From positions 1,664,001-1,728,000 of the forward strand of contig OY761556.1 in the NCBI GenBank assembly GCA_963664705.1: a stretch of 64,000 nucleotides of DNA, written 5' to 3'. Shown here piece after piece: positions 61,040-64,000 of the stretch; within the stretch, counting starts at the first letter, position 1; every line of letters begins with the position of its first letter. This DNA is from Acidobacteriota bacterium. GTDB lineage: Bacteria; Acidobacteriota; UBA6911. A program made the position numbers and the translations under genes. The notes below the pieces were generated by a model. It searched no databases, was not told where the DNA came from, and saw nothing but the letters and a program-made list of their open reading frames with translations.

Positions 61040-61400
61040 ATCAAATATCCTGGAGCAGATATGATAAAACTTTTACGGATCGCAGGTATCATGTGAGCGC
61101 CGACGGACGGCGTTCCCAATGATCAAGCATTCGGCGATGAATGTCGCATAAGAAGAAGGCTAAGAGTCTGCGCGAACGAAAAAAGTATAATACAAAACCA
61201 GCGCAATGGCGTTAGGAATTCCTTATTGGAGATAGCTAACGAAAAGGCGCGTATCCGGAAATGTCATTGTGCGGACGATTTTGTTTAATCGCCCAGGCAA
61301 GGTGGGCTGGCGACAAGAGAACGACAGGCTCTGAATGTGACAATCGCTGATTCCGTCAATTGGGAATAGCTGCGATGTGAAGCCTGTCGTTCTCCCAGGA

Positions 61401-62489
61401 CTAAAGCATCTCCACGACAAGATCGCCGAATCGCTGCGTGGTTAATATGCTGGATGCCGGCGTATCCGGAGCGGCCAGTTCTGCAGTCCGATAACCCTTT
61501 TCAAAAACCCCAAACAGGGCATTCCAGATATCCTCGGACTCCTGGTGTAATCCCAGGCATTTCTCGAAAAGGAATGCCACGCTTCCGATCATGGAGTAAG
61601 GGTTCGCCTTGTTCTGATTGGCGATATCGGGTGCGGATCCGTGGGCTGCCTCCACATAACCTTTCTGGGGACCGATACAGGCAGAGGGCATCAGGCCAAG
61701 GGATCCCAGGACGCCTCCGGCCTGATCCGTTAAAATATCTCCCTGCATATTTTCCAGTAATACAACGCCGTTAAACTGGCGCGGATTCTTTACCAGCTGA
61801 AAGGCTGCATTGTCGACGAGCATGGAGCGATATTCGACATCCGGGTAGGACTTGCCAACGTCTTCAACCACTTCACGCCAAAAACGGGAGGTCGCCAGGA
61901 CATTGGCTTTGTGGATGTTGATCATGGGATCCTTCCTCTTGCGCGCTTCGTCAAATGCGACAATTGCCACGCGTCTCACCTGTTCGTCGGTATACTTGCA
62001 ATCGTCTTCCGCGTACTTCATGCCGGTCTGGATGCCCTCTGTCTTCTCTCCGAAGTAAATGCCTCCGACAAGCTCGCGAATCATCAGTATGTCGAGTCCA
62101 TCGCCGATCAGGCTCTCTTTGATGGGAGAAAACGAGGCAAGTGCCTTGGGCAAGCGCACGGGACGATAGTTTGCGAAGGTATCGTAGCGTTTGCGCAATG
62201 GAAGGATGGCTCCCAGTTCCGGGCGCATATCCTGCGGAATCTGGTTCATTTTTTCAACCGCAAGCCCCACGGGGCCTTTGATGATCGCATCCGCCTGGTC
62301 GCAGATATTTATCGTCTTTTCCGGGAAGGGAGATCCGTCCGTAAAGTAGGCTTCCGCTCCGAAAGGCGCATAGATCAGTTCAAATTCGTGTCCATATTTC
62401 CTCTCGACGGCTTTCAGAACTTTAATGGACTCTCCAACGATCTCAGGACCGATTCCATCGCCTTCCAGAACAGCAATTGTCTTTCGCAT
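61401..62489 (-). CDS. leuB: 3-isopropylmalate dehydrogenase
   Basis: EGDGIGPE, RELVGGIYFG, HKANVL, LVDNAAFQL, ENMQGDILTD, GSLGLMPSA, HGSAPDIA. Confidence 0.88.
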   Translation of the reverse strand: MRKTIAVLEGDGIGPEIVGESIKVLKAVERKYGHEFELIYAPFGAEAYFTDGSPFPEKTINICDQADAIIKGPVGLAVEKMNQIPQDMRPELGAILPLRKRYDTFANYRPVRLPKALASFSPIKESLIGDGLDILMIRELVGGIYFGEKTEGIQTGMKYAEDDCKYTDEQVRRVAIVAFDEARKRKDPMINIHKANVLATSRFWREVVEDVGKSYPDVEYRSMLVDNAAFQLVKNPRQFNGVVLLENMQGDILTDQAGGVLGSLGLMPSACIGPQKGYVEAAHGSAPDIANQNKANPYSMIGSVAFLFEKCLGLHQESEDIWNALFGVFEKGYRTAELAAPDTPASSILTTQRFGDLVVEML

Positions 62490-62693
62490 TTCTTAATCCT
62501 TTGTTCCTGCCATCCAAATTAAAAAATAAACGTTCACCGCAAATAGAGCCTTCTGATGAAGGTGTTTAATAGTCCCAGAAATATTCCTGTTGGACAATAC
62601 CTGTCTAAGAGATTCTTCCGGTTCCTAAATTGGCTGTTGCCGACGCTGAGGGAGGAGGACTAAACAGGAGAGTGAAATACTTCCGCATTTCTG

Positions 62694-62750
62694 TTCCGTG
62701 AAATTCGTGGCAAAAGCAACGGTTTTACTTTTGCCACAAATTTCACGGAA
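62694..62750. terminator. Long hairpin downstream of the UGSC paralog (terminator or REP-like)
   Basis: ttccgtgaaattcgtggcaaaag / cttttgccacaaatttcacggaa. Confidence 0.6.
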
Positions 62751-62783
62751 TCCAAGAAGAAATTCTGGGCTTAGGGCTTGCTG

Positions 62784-64000
62784 CTAATACCCCGCATAAA
62801 CAGGGACGACATCTTTATACTTTGCAACCAGCTTGTCCCAATTGCGCGGTAATTCGATCTTCTTTGTGATAAAGCCGTTTTCAATGCCTCCAACGCTACG
62901 AAGCATTCCCATCCAGGCCCCTGGCCCACCGGCTACGACGATGAGGAGTCCGTCGCTTTCCGCGGGAGGGGGTTGAGAAAGAACATCGGCATTTTCCTTC
63001 CTTGCAGGAAAAGGCGACGTTGCATTCTTTAGTATGAAATCCTTCAACTTGCTTTTAGTCCACCCTTCGGCCGAAAGCACTTTTGCGTGTGAGGGAATGA
63101 TGACGAGGCAAGACATGTTCCACGGTCCCATCGCTGCAAGCGATTGTGCAATTCCAAGAGCGCTTGTTTCCCGCGGAACACTCTGAACGTAGCTATTGGG
63201 AAAGAACAGGGTGACGGTATTGTCTTCCTTTTTAAATCCTCGTTCCACCTGCAGTGGCTCCCAGGGACTTTCCTCTTCACTTTCGCCCAAAACCAGGCTG
63301 TACTTGGATGGATTGCCGATGACGCCCATATCCTCAACACCCTTGCGGGCGCCTCCGATATTTTTGACGATAAGCCCCACGGCCCGTCCGATGGCAGAAT
63401 TAGCGATATTTCCCGGGCTCAAAGCGCCTGAGCTGTAATTGATGTGGATGTCATTCCGTATTGGTCCGTTGATAGCGAAAAATGGCGCCCAGGACCCGGT
63501 GCTGACCTCAAACGTATCGAATCGGGATTTCTGCTCCATCAGTGCCTGCACTGAGGCGATCAGAACCGGCATGTGGGTCGGGAGCGCTCCCGCCATCACG
63601 GCATTGACCGCGATCTTTTCTACCGTGGCGCGGCCCAGTCTCGGAATAATCTTGGTGACCAGGTGATCGGCCGGCAAATCGGTACCGGTCATCATCTCGG
63701 CCACAGCCTTCTCCGTCGGCGGCACGATCGGCAAGCCGTCGGTCCAGCCCTTGCGGTAGAAGAAGCGATTCACATCCTCATAATCCCCTTTGAAGACAAT
63801 TCTGGGAGGCTTGGCTGTGGACAGCTTTGGAGTTTTTTCATTCAAAGTAAGCGGCTTTGTCAGCATTTCAAGAATGCCCGGCATTGCGGCGGCAGTTCCG
63901 GCCTCGATATCAGCGGATACTGTCGATTCGCATGGTACGTTCAGCGGGAGAACCCGGATACCCGGAACGCCTTTGCTGGAAGCGGCGGAGTGTGCATCTG
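62784..64000 (-). CDS. Paralog of the UGSC-family fusion protein (5'-partial, runs off the window)
   Basis: Frame open to the edge (DAHSAASSKGVPGIRV...PCES) and colinear with 20369-21613 (GWTDGL..PPTE.AVAEMMTGTDLP, SRFDTFEVSTGSWAPFF, VVAGGPGAW, V.Y.GY*). Confidence 0.88.
   Translation of the reverse strand, partial: DAHSAASSKGVPGIRVLPLNVPCESTVSADIEAGTAAAMPGILEMLTKPLTLNEKTPKLSTAKPPRIVFKGDYEDVNRFFYRKGWTDGLPIVPPTEKAVAEMMTGTDLPADHLVTKIIPRLGRATVEKIAVNAVMAGALPTHMPVLIASVQALMEQKSRFDTFEVSTGSWAPFFAINGPIRNDIHINYSSGALSPGNIANSAIGRAVGLIVKNIGGARKGVEDMGVIGNPSKYSLVLGESEEESPWEPLQVERGFKKEDNTVTLFFPNSYVQSVPRETSALGIAQSLAAMGPWNMSCLVIIPSHAKVLSAEGWTKSKLKDFILKNATSPFPARKENADVLSQPPPAESDGLLIVVAGGPGAWMGMLRSVGGIENGFITKKIELPRNWDKLVAKYKDVVPVYAGY

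Noticed and set aside
62605-62688. Leucine attenuator leader upstream of leuB
   Set aside because: The short ORF (MRKYFTLLFSPPPSASATANLGTGRIS) has no Leu run and no clear terminator/antiterminator pair

Overview
Gene-dense bacterial window of moderate GC (~54% by eye). The gene mix suggests an anaerobic or facultative soil/sediment organism, plausibly Acidobacteriota (inference only). Left end (1-13.8 kb): five multiheme c-type cytochromes (46 CXXCH plus 6 atypical CX3-4CH motifs, including a NapC/NirT-type membrane anchor), a TPR protein and an exported HEAT-repeat protein. Divergent from these is an AioX/ArrT-like oxyanion-binding protein with a NarX/NarL-type two-component system. At 19910-21613, two ORFs that the ORF track splits are one reading frame interrupted by an in-frame TGA in D-U-G-S-C context with a SECIS-like hairpin, i.e. 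an apparently exported UGSC-family selenoprotein; a paralog runs off the right end. Other content: rsgA, an ABC-permease/M1-peptidase fusion, polysaccharide enzymes (GH8, GH44, beta-helix/SMP-30 fusion), slyD, an orphan xanthine-oxidase-family Mo subunit lacking the catalytic Glu, a GT2-radical SAM/SPASM fusion, an output-less dCache-HAMP sensor, c-di-GMP and hybrid-kinase signalling genes, an isolated motAB pair and leuB. Three copies of a ~135-bp REPIN/MITE-like repeat sit downstream of gene stops. No rRNA, tRNA, CRISPR array or transposase was recognised. All assignments are by eye from motifs; no database searches were run.
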